This document shows positions 1-13,079 of a DNA stretch of 64,000 nt, piece after piece. A model generated the notes under the pieces. It was not told the origin of the DNA. It made no database searches and saw nothing but the letters and a program-made list of their open reading frames with translations. Numbering within the stretch: position 1 is the first letter of the stretch; the number at the start of each line of letters is the position of its first letter. Made by a program: the position numbers and the translations under genes. This DNA comes from Candidatus Spongiisociaceae bacterium (GTDB lineage: Bacteria > Actinomycetota > Acidimicrobiia > Spongiisociales > Spongiisociaceae): NCBI GenBank assembly GCA_965202665.1, contig OZ241841.1, forward strand, positions 1,984,001-2,048,000. The letters run 5' to 3'.

Positions 1-597
1 GCCGTCTATGTGGACGGTCTCAACCTTCACAACGGGTTGCTTAAGTCAGGGCTCCCCAGGTGGCTTGATCCGGTTGCGTTAGGCCGGGAGGTATTGCAGT
101 CCGGCCAGAGGCTGGTCGGGGTGCGATATTTCACTTCACTGTTGGTCAAGAGCAGGCGTGGACGGCATCAACAGGATCTATACCTGCAAGCTTTGGAGGC
201 GCAGGGTGCGGAAATTGTGCTGGGGCGGTTTTATGTTTACCCGGTGCGATGCCCCCGGTGCGGGCGAGAGCGGATGGAAGCGGAGGAGAAGCAAACCGAT
301 GTCAACATAGCGGTGCGGTTGCTGGCCGACGCCCATCAGGATCTGTATGACCGGGCGGTTCTGGTTTCGGCGGACAGCGACCTGTTGCCGCCGATGTTGG
401 AAATTCCGCGCTTGTTTCCCGGCAAAAAGGCAGTGGTGGGGTTTCCGCCCGGGTTAATGTCTAAGGAGTTACGCCATAAAGTTTCAAACTTCCGGTTGAG
501 CGCCGCTCACATCCGGCGGTCGCTGGCTCCCTCTCCCGTGGTCACGTCGGCGGGGCGTAAGATCGTCGCTCCGCGGGGATGGTTGCCGGGAAAGTAG
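1..597 (+). CDS. NYN domain (LabA/DUF88, PIN-like fold) ribonuclease, 5' truncated by window edge
   Basis: Frame open from base 1 (AVYVDGLNLH); motifs DGxN, EEKQTDVNIA, LVSADSDL; CxxC insert; C-terminal PRGW. Confidence 0.85.
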   Translation, partial: AVYVDGLNLHNGLLKSGLPRWLDPVALGREVLQSGQRLVGVRYFTSLLVKSRRGRHQQDLYLQALEAQGAEIVLGRFYVYPVRCPRCGRERMEAEEKQTDVNIAVRLLADAHQDLYDRAVLVSADSDLLPPMLEIPRLFPGKKAVVGFPPGLMSKELRHKVSNFRLSAAHIRRSLAPSPVVTSAGRKIVAPRGWLPGK

Positions 598-648
598 ACT
601 GGGGCTTGGATCGGTACCGGAACGGACCGCAACCAGGGAGAAAAACTA

Positions 649-1461
649 ATGCGCATCGTCGTCGTGGGGCCCGGACGGGCCGGAGGATCGTTGGCGGCGG
701 CGGCCGCGGCCGCCGGTCACCGGATAGCCGCCCTGGTAACCCGTCGCCCGGACGACCGGGAGGTGGCCCGCTGGTTGGGGGCCGAAACCCGCTTGATCGG
801 AGAACCTTTGCCGGAGGCCGAACTGTTGGCGGTGGCGGTGCGCGATCAGGTCCTGTCCGAAGTGGCCGCCGCCTTGGCCCCGCAGGCGGGAAACTTTGCG
901 GGGGCGGTTCATCTTTCCGGGCTGGCCCCGGTTGCGGTCCTGCAACCGTTGGCGGCGGCCGGGGCGGAAATCGGATCCTTTCACCCTTTGCAAACCTTGC
1001 CCGATTGGCGGAGGGGATCCCGTTCCCTGGCCGGGGCCTGCGCCGCCCTCACCGCTCCGCCCGGCCTGGCCGGGCTGTTGGAGGAACTGGCCGAATCGCT
1101 GGGGATGGCCTCCATCCGGCTGGCCGAAGAACAAAAGCCCCTCTATCACGCGGCGGCGGCCGCCGCCTCCAACTATGTGGTAACCGCCCTGCATGTTGCG
1201 CAAACCCTGTTCGCCGCCGCCGAAGTGGACTACCGGGTCGCCCGTCCGCTGGTGGAAACGGCGGTCGCCAACGTTTTTGAAGAAGGGGCGCGGGCCGCCC
1301 TGACCGGCCCCATCGCCCGGGGCGACTTGGAAACCGCGGCCGGCCAGGTGCGGGCGGTGGAGCGGGCCGTCCCCCACTTGGCCGGCGCCTTTCGGGATTT
1401 CGGACGGGCGGCTGCCGACTTGGCCGGGACTACCGGGCGGATGGCCGAGGTCCTGCGATGA
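649..1461 (+). CDS. Rossmann-like/DUF2520 protein (PanG-like putative ketopantoate reductase)
   Basis: GPGRAG Rossmann motif, HLSG, FHPLQT, LYHAAA, ALTGPIARGD; overlaps panC start. Confidence 0.85.
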   Translation: MRIVVVGPGRAGGSLAAAAAAAGHRIAALVTRRPDDREVARWLGAETRLIGEPLPEAELLAVAVRDQVLSEVAAALAPQAGNFAGAVHLSGLAPVAVLQPLAAAGAEIGSFHPLQTLPDWRRGSRSLAGACAALTAPPGLAGLLEELAESLGMASIRLAEEQKPLYHAAAAAASNYVVTALHVAQTLFAAAEVDYRVARPLVETAVANVFEEGARAALTGPIARGDLETAAGQVRAVERAVPHLAGAFRDFGRAAADLAGTTGRMAEVLR

Positions 1462-2354
1462 AAGTGGTGAACACGTTGGCGCAGGCCCGCTCTTTGGCCC
1501 GGGGGCGGGTGGGGTTGGTCCCCACTATGGGGTTTTTCCACGAAGGCCATCTGTCGTTGATGAAACGGTCGGCCGCGGAATGCGATCAGACGGTGGTGAC
1601 ACTGTATGTGAACCCGTTGCAGTTCGAGGACGCCGACGACTTGGCCCGTTATCCGACCGACCGCGACCGGGACTTGGAGTTGGCGGAGGAGGCGGGGGCG
1701 GACATTACCGCGCTGTGTTCCACCGAGGATATGTTCCCCGTCCCGCCGCTGACCAAGGTGTCGGTGTCCGGTTTGGGAGATACTTTGGAAGGGGAACACC
1801 GGCCCGGCCATCTGACCGGGGTGGCCACAGTGGTGGCCAAGTTGTTCGCCGGAGTCCGGCCCGACCGTGCTTACTTCGGCCGCAAGGACGCCCAGCAGTT
1901 GGCGGTGGTGTCCCGTATGGCGCGGGATTTGGATTTCCCGGTTCGGGTGGCGGGATGCCCCCTGATCAGGGAGGCGGACGGGCTGGCCCTGTCCTCCCGC
2001 AACGTGTTCCTGGGGGAGGATCGTCCGGCCGCGTTGGGTTTGTGGCGGGGACTGTCGGCGGCCGCCGACGCGATGGAGGCCGGGGAGCGCAACCCCCGGC
2101 GGGCGGAAGATTTGGTGCGGGAGACGGTCCGCGGCTTGGAGTTGGAATACGCGGCGGCGGTGGACGCCGCAACCTTCCGGCCGGCGGACCGCTTGCAGGG
2201 GGAGGTGGTGTTGGCGGCGGCCGCCCGGGCGGGGCCGGTTCGGTTAATCGACAACATCCGGTTGGCGGTGAACGGGAGGGAGGCGACGGCCGACCGGGGG
2301 ACGGCCCTGACCGAACCCAGCATCCTGTACGAGGCCGGGAAGGGGGGCGGCTGA
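1458..2354 (+). CDS. panC: Pantoate--beta-alanine ligase
   Basis: VPTMGFFHEGH, VNPLQF, YFGRKDAQQ, READGLALSSRN, RLIDN motifs. Confidence 0.95.
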   Translation: MKVVNTLAQARSLARGRVGLVPTMGFFHEGHLSLMKRSAAECDQTVVTLYVNPLQFEDADDLARYPTDRDRDLELAEEAGADITALCSTEDMFPVPPLTKVSVSGLGDTLEGEHRPGHLTGVATVVAKLFAGVRPDRAYFGRKDAQQLAVVSRMARDLDFPVRVAGCPLIREADGLALSSRNVFLGEDRPAALGLWRGLSAAADAMEAGERNPRRAEDLVRETVRGLELEYAAAVDAATFRPADRLQGEVVLAAAARAGPVRLIDNIRLAVNGREATADRGTALTEPSILYEAGKGGG

Positions 2355-3115
2355 TGTTGCTGGCGGTGGATGTGGGCAACACGCAGACCATGCTCGGCGT
2401 GTTGGACGGGGAGCGGATCGTGCGCAAGTGGCGCATTTCCAGCGGGCGGGATTACACCACCGACGAGTTCGTGATCATGTTGCGCGGCCTGTTGGAACCG
2501 GCCGGCTACCTTTCCGGCCACTTTGCGGGGGCGGCCATGTCGTCGGTGGTGCCCGCCGCGGCGGCCGCCCTGCCCGCCGCCTTGGAGGAGGTGACGGGCC
2601 GAGTCCCCCTGGTGGTGGGGCCGGGCGTTAAAACCGGCATGGCGATCCGCATCGACAGCCCGCGCGAGGTGGGAGCGGACAGGGTGGTCAACTCGGTGGC
2701 GGCCCGGGAACGTTACGGCTCGCCGGTGGTGGCTTTGGATTTCGGGACCGCTACCACCTTTGACGCGGTGGACGAGGCCGGCGACTACATCGGGGGGGTG
2801 ATCGCCCCCGGGTTGGAGGTGTCCATGGAGGCCCTGGTTTCCGCCACCTCCGCCCTGCGCCGGGTGGATCTGACCGAGCCCCGGTCGGTGATCGGCAAAG
2901 GGACGGTGGAGGCCATCCAAAGCGGGTTGCTGTACGGGTACGGGGGCTTGGTGGACGGCATCCTGGCCCGCATCGCCGCCGAGACCGGAACCGAACGGGT
3001 GGTGGCCACCGGCGGGCTGGCCCCGGTCATCGTCCCCCTGTGCCGGCGGGTGTCCGAAATTAACGATTCCCTAACCTTGGAGGGCCTGCGCCTCATCTGG
3101 GAGCGCAACCGGTGA
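2354..3115 (+). CDS. coaX: Type III pantothenate kinase
   Basis: ATG overlaps panC TGA; MLLAVDVGNT, GADRVVN, DFGTATTFD, GGVIAPG motifs. Confidence 0.95.
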   Translation: MLLAVDVGNTQTMLGVLDGERIVRKWRISSGRDYTTDEFVIMLRGLLEPAGYLSGHFAGAAMSSVVPAAAAALPAALEEVTGRVPLVVGPGVKTGMAIRIDSPREVGADRVVNSVAARERYGSPVVALDFGTATTFDAVDEAGDYIGGVIAPGLEVSMEALVSATSALRRVDLTEPRSVIGKGTVEAIQSGLLYGYGGLVDGILARIAAETGTERVVATGGLAPVIVPLCRRVSEINDSLTLEGLRLIWERNR

Positions 3116-3151
3116 CCGGCCGTCCTCCCGGGGTCGGTTAACCTGCGGACT

Positions 3152-4702
3152 ATGAACGAGAATCAACCGCCCGCCCCGCCCGACTCCGGCGACGATTACC
3201 ACCCGGCGGACGGCGGCTTGGAAGACCATCCGCTGACCGCCGCCCGGTTGGAGAAACTGGAACGATTGCGGGAGGGGGGGATCGACCCCTATCCGGCTTA
3301 TGAGCCGCAACTTCACTCCCGCACCCACCACGCGGCCGCCCTGCGCGACCGGTTCGCCGATCTCCCCCCCGATTCGGCTACCGGCGAACGGGTGCGGGTG
3401 GCGGGCCGGTTGATGAACACCCGGTCGTTCGGCAAGTTGCTGTTCGGGGTCTGCCAGGACCATTCGGGGCGCATCCAGTTGTTCGTAGACGAGAGAAGGC
3501 TGGGCGCCGAGGGGTTCGCCGCCTTCCGGGAACTGGACCATGGGGACTGGGTGGGGGCCCGGGGGGAGGTGGTCACCACCCGCCGGGGGGAGTTGAGCGT
3601 CAAAGTGGAAGAGTTCGTCCTGTTGGCCAAAGCCTTGCGCCCCCTGCCGGAGAAGTGGCACGGCCTGCGGGACAAAGAACAGCGCTTCCGGCGCCGGGAG
3701 TTGGACTGGCTGGTAAACCCCCGGGCGCGGGAGATCGCCGTCGTCCGGTCGCGGGTGACGGCCGAGTTGCGCCGGGAGTTCGCCGAACGGGGGTTTATGG
3801 AAGTGGAAACCCCGGTGTTGCAGACCCAGCCGGGGGGGGCCCTGGCCCGTCCCTTCCGGACCCGTCACAATGCGCTGGACTTGGACATGTACCTGCGCAT
3901 CGCCACCGAAATTCACCTTAAACTGATGGTGGTGGGCGGATTTGAGAAAATATTCGAGTTGGGCCGGGTGTTCCGCAACGAGGGAATCGACGCCCGCCAC
4001 AACACCGAGTTCACCACCTTGGAGGCCTACCAGGCGCTGGCCGACTACCGGGATTTGATGACGTTGCTGGAGGAGATCATTCCGGCCGTGGCCGGCCGGG
4101 TGTCCGCCTCCCCCCTCGTTTTTCAGGGCCGTCCGGTGGATATGCGGGTTCCGTTCCGGAGGGTTCCGATGTTGGAGCTGGTGGGGGAGGCGCTGGGGGC
4201 CGAGATTGCGGCCGATACCGAACCGGCGGAGCTGGCGCGGCTGGCGGAACGGGCCGGGGTGGAAGTGAATCCCGAATGGGGTTTCGGGAAAATGGCGCAG
4301 GAAGTGTTCGACGAACGGGCGCAGCGCCATCTGTGGGATCCCACTTTTGTGACGGACCATCCGGTGGAGATTTCCCCCCTGGCCCGCCGCCACCGCCGCC
4401 AACCGGGGCTGGTGGAGCGGTTTGAGTTGTTCATCGGCGGGGAGGAGATCGCCGACTCTTTCACCGAGTTGAACGACCCTGTGGAGCAGCGCCGCCGCTT
4501 CGCCGCCCAGGCCCGGGCCCGGGAAGCGGGGGATGAGGAGGCGCATCCTTTCGACGAGGAGTTTCTGCGCGGGTTGGAGGCGGGCATGCCCCCCACCGGC
4601 GGGTTGGGGATAGGGGTGGATCGGTTGGTGATGCTGCTCACCGACCAACGCCATCTGCGGGAGGTTTTGCTCTTTCCGCATGTCCGTCCGCAGAACCGCT
4701 GA
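3152..4702 (+). CDS. lysS: Lysine--tRNA ligase (class II)
   Basis: OB-fold N-terminus, GGALARPF, FRNEGID, HNTEFTTLE, GMPPTGGLGIGVDR; TAACCT 7 nt upstream suggests leaderless mRNA. Confidence 0.96.
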   Translation: MNENQPPAPPDSGDDYHPADGGLEDHPLTAARLEKLERLREGGIDPYPAYEPQLHSRTHHAAALRDRFADLPPDSATGERVRVAGRLMNTRSFGKLLFGVCQDHSGRIQLFVDERRLGAEGFAAFRELDHGDWVGARGEVVTTRRGELSVKVEEFVLLAKALRPLPEKWHGLRDKEQRFRRRELDWLVNPRAREIAVVRSRVTAELRREFAERGFMEVETPVLQTQPGGALARPFRTRHNALDLDMYLRIATEIHLKLMVVGGFEKIFELGRVFRNEGIDARHNTEFTTLEAYQALADYRDLMTLLEEIIPAVAGRVSASPLVFQGRPVDMRVPFRRVPMLELVGEALGAEIAADTEPAELARLAERAGVEVNPEWGFGKMAQEVFDERAQRHLWDPTFVTDHPVEISPLARRHRRQPGLVERFELFIGGEEIADSFTELNDPVEQRRRFAAQARAREAGDEEAHPFDEEFLRGLEAGMPPTGGLGIGVDRLVMLLTDQRHLREVLLFPHVRPQNR

Positions 4703-4721
4703 GACCGGGGCGAATCTGATC

Positions 4722-5717
4722 TTAGGGGCGGGCGGCGTCCACCCGGTCCACTAGGAATCCGCCGATGTCCGTCAGCACCCGGCGGGCCCCGATGTCGGGC
4801 AGGGCGGCCAAGGCGGAACGGACCGATCGCAATCGTTGCCCGCATTCGTCCAAGGTGCGGTCGATGTGCCCTCCCTCCCGCACCAGTCCGATCACCTCTT
4901 GCACCGTCTCCTCGGAGAAGGGGACGCCCTCCTTTAGCAAAGCGCCGATGCGGGGGCCGCTCCCGCCGCGCAGGGCGCGCAACACCGGCAGGGTGAACAC
5001 CCCCTGATGTATGTCGGAACCGGCCGGTTTGCCCAGTTCCTGTTCGGTGGCCACCAGATCCAGCGCGTCGTCGGTTATTTGGAACACCATGCCCAACTCC
5101 CACGCCGCGGCGGACGCCGCCTCCGCATATTCAGGGGGGGCGTCGGCCGCCATCGCCCCCAGCCGGGCGGAGGTGCGAATCAGGCTGGCGGTTTTGCCGC
5201 CGATCACCCGGTAGTAATCGTCGGGGCCGTGCTCCAAGTCGCCGGTCAGCCGCAGTTCCAAGGTTTGCCCCTCCACCAGTTCGGCGTAGGTGCGGGCCAG
5301 CAGCCGCACCGCCTCCTGGCCGAGGGTGGCGGCCGCCACCTCCGAGGCCCGGGCCATCAGGAAATCCCCGGCCAGTATGGCCACCGTGTTGCTCCAGTTG
5401 GCGTTCACCGAGGCCGCCCCCCGTCGCACCTGCGCCTCGTCGATCACATCATCGTGGTAGAGCGACCCGATGTGGATCAGCTCCACGGCCGCCCCGGCGT
5501 CGATCAGGCGGTGGTCGCGGGAAGGACCGAACTCTCCGGCCAGCTGGGCCAGAATGGGACGGAAACGTTTGCCGCCCGCCGCCAACAGATGCTGGGCGAT
5601 CTCGGTGAGAAACGGGTATTCGGAGGCGGAAGCGGTAAACAATCGTTCCTCCACCCGCGCCACCCGCTCCCACAGGCCGGGGAGGTCGATGAGTTCTTTC
5701 AGTTCCGGGGTTTCCAA
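4722..5717 (-). CDS. Polyprenyl diphosphate synthase
   Basis: GGKRFRP, HDDVID..RRG (FARM), FQITDDALD (SARM), GKPAGSD. Confidence 0.92.
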   Translation of the reverse strand: METPELKELIDLPGLWERVARVEERLFTASASEYPFLTEIAQHLLAAGGKRFRPILAQLAGEFGPSRDHRLIDAGAAVELIHIGSLYHDDVIDEAQVRRGAASVNANWSNTVAILAGDFLMARASEVAAATLGQEAVRLLARTYAELVEGQTLELRLTGDLEHGPDDYYRVIGGKTASLIRTSARLGAMAADAPPEYAEAASAAAWELGMVFQITDDALDLVATEQELGKPAGSDIHQGVFTLPVLRALRGGSGPRIGALLKEGVPFSEETVQEVIGLVREGGHIDRTLDECGQRLRSVRSALAALPDIGARRVLTDIGGFLVDRVDAARP

Positions 5718-5872
5718 TTTTGGCCCGTCCGTTCGCCGGTCTTGATCCTGCTATCGTAGTTTGCCGGCGGGTCCCGGCGCGCCGGGCGGGCCGTTTCCCG
5801 CTACTTTGTCCGTCGCCGCGGTTATAATGGAAGCAGCGCTGGATCCGACAAGTTGAAGCGGAGGTGATGATC

Positions 5873-8359
<2,487 letters not shown>

Positions 8360-8501
8360 ATTCGGCGCCGGGCGGCTTCGCCGGTTGGCATAGTTTCGGC
8401 GGGCGGGTAACCTGTTTGCGGTAAGAACAAACCCTGGGCTGTCAGATTTGAGCGAGAAGAAAAGGCCCCATCCAGGGGGGCTAGCCACTAGGAGGCTAAA
8501 A

Positions 8502-10649
8502 ATGTTGAAGTACAAGAAGTTGGCGGCGGTGCTAATCGCCTTGACTTTGCTGGCCGCGGCCTGCGGCGGCGATGACGCCACCACCACAACCACTACCGCC
8601 GCTCCCACCGCAACCACTTCGGATGCGGGCGATTCCGCGGACACCAGCGCCGCGCCTGCTGAGCCGATGACGGACGTTCGGGTGGGTTTGGCCTATGACA
8701 TCGGCGGACGGGGCGACGGTTCTTTCAACGACGCGGCTGCGGCCGGCCTGGACCGGGCGGCGGCGGAGTTGGGCGTGGAGACTGCGGAGTCGTCGGCCAA
8801 TGAGGACGGCACCAACCGCGAAGAAATGCTGGCCCTGCACTCCGAAGAGGGGGCGGATTTGGTAATCGGCGTCGGGTTCCTGTTCGACGAGCCTATGAAC
8901 GTGGTGGCGTCCGAATACCCGGAAACCAATTTCGCAATTGTGGATTCAGTGGTGGATCAACCCAACGTGGCCGGGTTGATTTTCGCCGAGGAGCAGGGGT
9001 CGTTTCTGGTGGGGGTGGCGGCCGCTCTGAAAACGGGCACCAACAGAATAGGTTTCCTGGGCGGGGTGGACATCCCGTTGATTCACGCTTTCGAGGCCGG
9101 TTTCCAAGCGGGGGTGGCGGCGGTGGATCCGTCCATCGTAATTGATTCCCAGTATTTGACCCAGTCTCCGGACTTCAGCGGGTTCAACGACCCGGCTGCG
9201 GGCAGGGTCGCCTCCCAATCCATGTACGAGGACGGAGCGGACATCATTTATCACGCCGCCGGCGGGAGCGGCAACGGCACCTTCCAAGCGGCCAAGGAGT
9301 ATTCGGAGAGCACCGGCGGCAAAGTGTGGGCCATCGGGGTGGACTCCGATCAGTACAACACCGCCGACGAGGAACTCAGGGACTACATTCTGACCTCCAT
9401 GCTGAAGCGGGTGGATGTGGCGGTTTACAACACCATCAAGGCGGTGCAGGACGGGATGTTCTCCAGCGGCCCGCAGAGATTCGACCTGTCGGTGGACGGG
9501 GTGGGCTACTCCACCAGCGGCGGCTTCATCGACGACATCGTTCCGCAGTTGGAAGAGTGGAAGTCGCGCATCGTCTCCGGCGAGATAGTGGTCAGCCGCG
9601 AGCGCGGCGAGGGCCTGACCGTCGTACCCGTTAGCGATACCCCGGGCGAAGGGGTCAGTTTGACGATGGCCCGGGCCAACTGGTCCACCGGTTATTTCCA
9701 GGCCGCTTTGTACCGGGCGTTGTTGCAACAGTTGGGATACGAGGTGAGCGATCCGGCTGATTTGGAGTTGGGTCCCAGCTTGGCGTATCTGGCCATGGCC
9801 GAAGGGGACGCCGACTTCTGGGTGAACAGCTGGTATCCGGGCCATAACAGTTGGCTGGAGAACCAGTTGCCGGACGGTTCCAAAGTGGGCGATCATCTTG
9901 CGGTGGTGGGCCAGGAGATGCCCGCGGGCGGTTTGCAGGGTTATCTGATCACCAAGAGCTTCGCCGAGGAATACGGGATCGCCACGCTGGATGATTTGAA
10001 CGGCAATCCGGATGCGATCGCCGCGTACGACGCCCAGGATGCCACGCCGGGCAACGGGATAGCGGAGATTTACGGTTGTCCGGAGTCGTGGACCTGCGAT
10101 GACATCATCCAGAGCCAGATCGCGTTTTCGGAGTGGGAGAACATCGATCAGATTTTGGCCGGGTACGACGCCATGTTCGCTGAGGCGGTGGCTAAGGCCA
10201 ACGAGGGGGCTCCGATGGTGGCGTACACTTGGACGCCCAGTTCCTACATCACCCAGTTGCGGCCGGGGGACAACGTGCTGTGGGTGGGGGTGGAGGATGT
10301 GCTCGATGATTCCAATCCGTTGGGTCGGGAAGGGGGCGAGGAATGGGATCAGCGGCCGGGTACGGCGGCTTTGGGCCCTGATTCCTGCCCGGATGCGGCG
10401 GAGCGCGACATCTGTCAGTTGGGGTGGGTGGCAGCGGACATTTTGGTGACCGCCCGCAACGACCTGTTGGCGGATCATCCGGCGGCGGCCAAGTTGCTGG
10501 AGGTGGTCGAGCTGAACGTAGTGGACGTGTCGTTGCAAGTGGTGGCTCAGGACGGCGGAGAGGATCCGGTGGATCTGGCCGAGCAGTGGATAGCGAACAA
10601 CCAGGCGAAGGTGGACGACTGGCTGTCCCAGGCCCGAGCCGCCGCCTAA
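8502..10649 (+). CDS. Chimeric ABC substrate-binding lipoprotein: BMP (nucleoside-type) domain fused to a ProX/OpuAC (betaine-type) domain
   Basis: SD GGAGG 8491; lipobox LAAAC; Thr/Ala linker; BMP motifs GRGDGSFND, AIGVDSDQ, TSMLKRVD; ProX motifs NSWYP, GCPESWTC, YTWTP from ~9642. Confidence 0.88.
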   Translation: MLKYKKLAAVLIALTLLAAACGGDDATTTTTTAAPTATTSDAGDSADTSAAPAEPMTDVRVGLAYDIGGRGDGSFNDAAAAGLDRAAAELGVETAESSANEDGTNREEMLALHSEEGADLVIGVGFLFDEPMNVVASEYPETNFAIVDSVVDQPNVAGLIFAEEQGSFLVGVAAALKTGTNRIGFLGGVDIPLIHAFEAGFQAGVAAVDPSIVIDSQYLTQSPDFSGFNDPAAGRVASQSMYEDGADIIYHAAGGSGNGTFQAAKEYSESTGGKVWAIGVDSDQYNTADEELRDYILTSMLKRVDVAVYNTIKAVQDGMFSSGPQRFDLSVDGVGYSTSGGFIDDIVPQLEEWKSRIVSGEIVVSRERGEGLTVVPVSDTPGEGVSLTMARANWSTGYFQAALYRALLQQLGYEVSDPADLELGPSLAYLAMAEGDADFWVNSWYPGHNSWLENQLPDGSKVGDHLAVVGQEMPAGGLQGYLITKSFAEEYGIATLDDLNGNPDAIAAYDAQDATPGNGIAEIYGCPESWTCDDIIQSQIAFSEWENIDQILAGYDAMFAEAVAKANEGAPMVAYTWTPSSYITQLRPGDNVLWVGVEDVLDDSNPLGREGGEEWDQRPGTAALGPDSCPDAAERDICQLGWVAADILVTARNDLLADHPAAAKLLEVVELNVVDVSLQVVAQDGGEDPVDLAEQWIANNQAKVDDWLSQARAAA

Positions 10650-13079
10650 ATATTTCCGCCAGTTGGCAAAATGGAGGAGGGCGTCCCGCGGGACGCCCTC
10701 CTCCATCGTTAAACGGTTCGACGGAAAAATCAAATTTTTCGGCGGTTTAGTTTTTAAGGTGTGTAGACTGCGATTTGGAAACCCAACATGGTTTCATTGT
10801 AAGGAGGTGTGCAAATGTTCAGATCTAGTAAGTGGCTGGCGGCGTTGGCCGTTTTGATGTTGGTCGCGGCCGCCTGCGGCGGCGGCGACGATGATGCGAC
10901 GCCCGCTCCCGAGACCCCTACCACCGTCGCGTCCGCCGGCGCGGACACCACGGAAACCACAGCCGCAACGGAGTCCCCGGATGCTGCGGAAACCCCGACC
11001 ACAACCGCGGCGGCCCCTGACGCTCCCGCCCAGCCGGAGGAGGGAATGGCCCTCCCCGGCGAAGGGGTGAGTTTGACGATGGCCCAGGCCAACTGGTCCA
11101 CCGGTTATTTCCAGGCGGCTTTGTACCGGTCGTTGTTGCAACGGTTGGGGTATGAGGTGAGCGATCCGGCTGATTTGGAGTTGGGTCCCAGCTTGGCTTA
11201 TCTGGCCATGGCGGAGGGGGATGCCGACTTTTGGGTGAACAGTTGGTTTCCGATTCACAACAGTTGGTTGGCCAACGAGTTGCCGGACGGCTCCCGGGTG
11301 GGGGATCACCTTTCTGTGATCGGTTCCGAGATGCCCGCCGGGGGTTTGCAGGGTTATCTGATTACTAAGAGTTTCGCTGAGAAGCACGGCATTGTCACTT
11401 TGGATGATTTGAATGACAATCCGGACGCGATCGCCGAGTACGACGCCCAAGATACCAATCCCGGGAACGGGGTGGCGGAGATTTACGGTTGCCCGGAGTC
11501 GTGGACCTGCGATGACATTATCCAAAGCCAGATCGCCTTTTCGGGGTGGGAGAACATTGATCAGGTGCTGGCTGGGTACGACGCCATGTTCGCCGAGGCG
11601 GTGGCTAAGGCCAACGAGGGGGCTCCGATGGTGGCGTACACTTGGACGCCTAGTTCTTATATCACCCAGTTGCGGCCGGGGGACAATGTGGTGTGGCTGG
11701 GGGTGGATAGAATTTTGGATAGTTCCAATCCGCTTGACCGGGAGGGGGGCGAAGGGTGGGATCAAACCCCGGGAACGGCGGCTATCGGCGCCGATTCTTG
11801 CCCGGACGCGGCGGAGCGGGGCATCTGCCAGTTGGGGTGGGCGGCGGCGGATATTTTGGTGACCGCCCGCAATGACTTGATTCGGAACCATCCGGCGGCG
11901 GCTAGTCTGCTGGCCAATGTGGCGTTGAACGTGGTGGATGTGTCGTTGCAGGTGGTGGCCCAGGAGGGCGGGGAGAGTCCGGTGGATCTGGCCGAGCAGT
12001 GGATCGCCAACAACCAGGACAAGGTGAATGCGTGGCTGGAAAGGGCCACCGCCGCCCATAACCGCACCGGGGAGCCGGGCGAGGGGGTGAGTTTGACGAT
12101 GGCCCAGGCCAACTGGTCCACAGGTTATTTCCAGGCGGCTTTGTACCGGGACCTGTTGCAAAGGTTGGGGTATGAGGTGAGCGATCCGGCTGATTTGGAG
12201 TTGGGTCCCAGCTTGGCGTATCTGGCCATGGCTGAGGGTGACGCCGACTTCTGGGTGAACAGCTGGTATCCGATTCACAACAGTTGGTTGGCCAACGAGT
12301 TGCCGGACGGCTCCTTAGTGGGCGATCATCTTACGGTGGTGGGCGAGGAGATGCCCGCGGGCGGTTTGCAGGGTTTCCTGATCACGAAGAGCTTCGCCGA
12401 GGAATACGGGATAACGACGCTTGATGATCTGAACGGCAATCCGGATGCGATCGCCGCGTACGACGCCCAGGATGCCACGCCGGGCAACGGGGTGGCGGAG
12501 ATTTACGGTTGTCCGGAGTCGTGGACCTGCGATGACATCATTGAAAGCCAGATCGCGTTTTCGGGCTGGGATAACATCGGCCAGGTGTTGGCCGGGTACG
12601 ACGCCATGTTCGCGGAGGCGTCGGCGAAGGCCAGCGAGGGGGCTCCGATGGTGGCCTACACTTGGACGCCGAGTTCCTACATCACCCAGTTGCGGCCGGG
12701 GGACAACGTAGTGTGGGTGGGGGTGGAGGATGTGCTCGATGATTCCAACCCGTTGGATCGGGAAGGGGGCGAGGAATGGGATCAGCGGCCGGGTACGGCG
12801 ACTCTGAGTTCGGAGTCCTGCCCGGATGCGGTAGAGCGCGGCACCTGCCAGTTGGGGTGGCTGGCGGCGGACATTTTGGTGACCGCCCGCAACGACCTGT
12901 TGGAAAACCATCCGGCGGCGGCCAAGCTGCTGGAGCTGGTCGAGCTGAACGTGGTGGACGTGTCGTTGCAGGTGGTGGCTCAGGACGGCGGAGAAACTCC
13001 GAAGGATCTGGCTACGCAGTGGATCGCCAACAACCAGAGCAAGGTTGACTCCTGGTTGGCGGTGGCCCGCGCCTCCGCC
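9642..13079 (+). repeat. Three near-identical ~1-kb ProX-domain coding repeats (starts 9642, 11055, 12075)
   Basis: Each begins PGEGVSLTMAxANWSTGYFQA; long identical nucleotide runs between copies. Confidence 0.95.
10671..10706. terminator. Perfect 36-bp palindrome, probable terminator/stabiliser hairpin
   Basis: atggaggagggcgtcccgcgggacgccctcctccat is its own reverse complement and lies 21 nt after a stop codon. Confidence 0.75.

Noticed and set aside
598-648. Small RNA downstream of the first NYN gene
   Set aside because: Only 51 nt, no promoter or twin hairpin; its upstream side is outside the window, so a partner RNA there cannot be assessed
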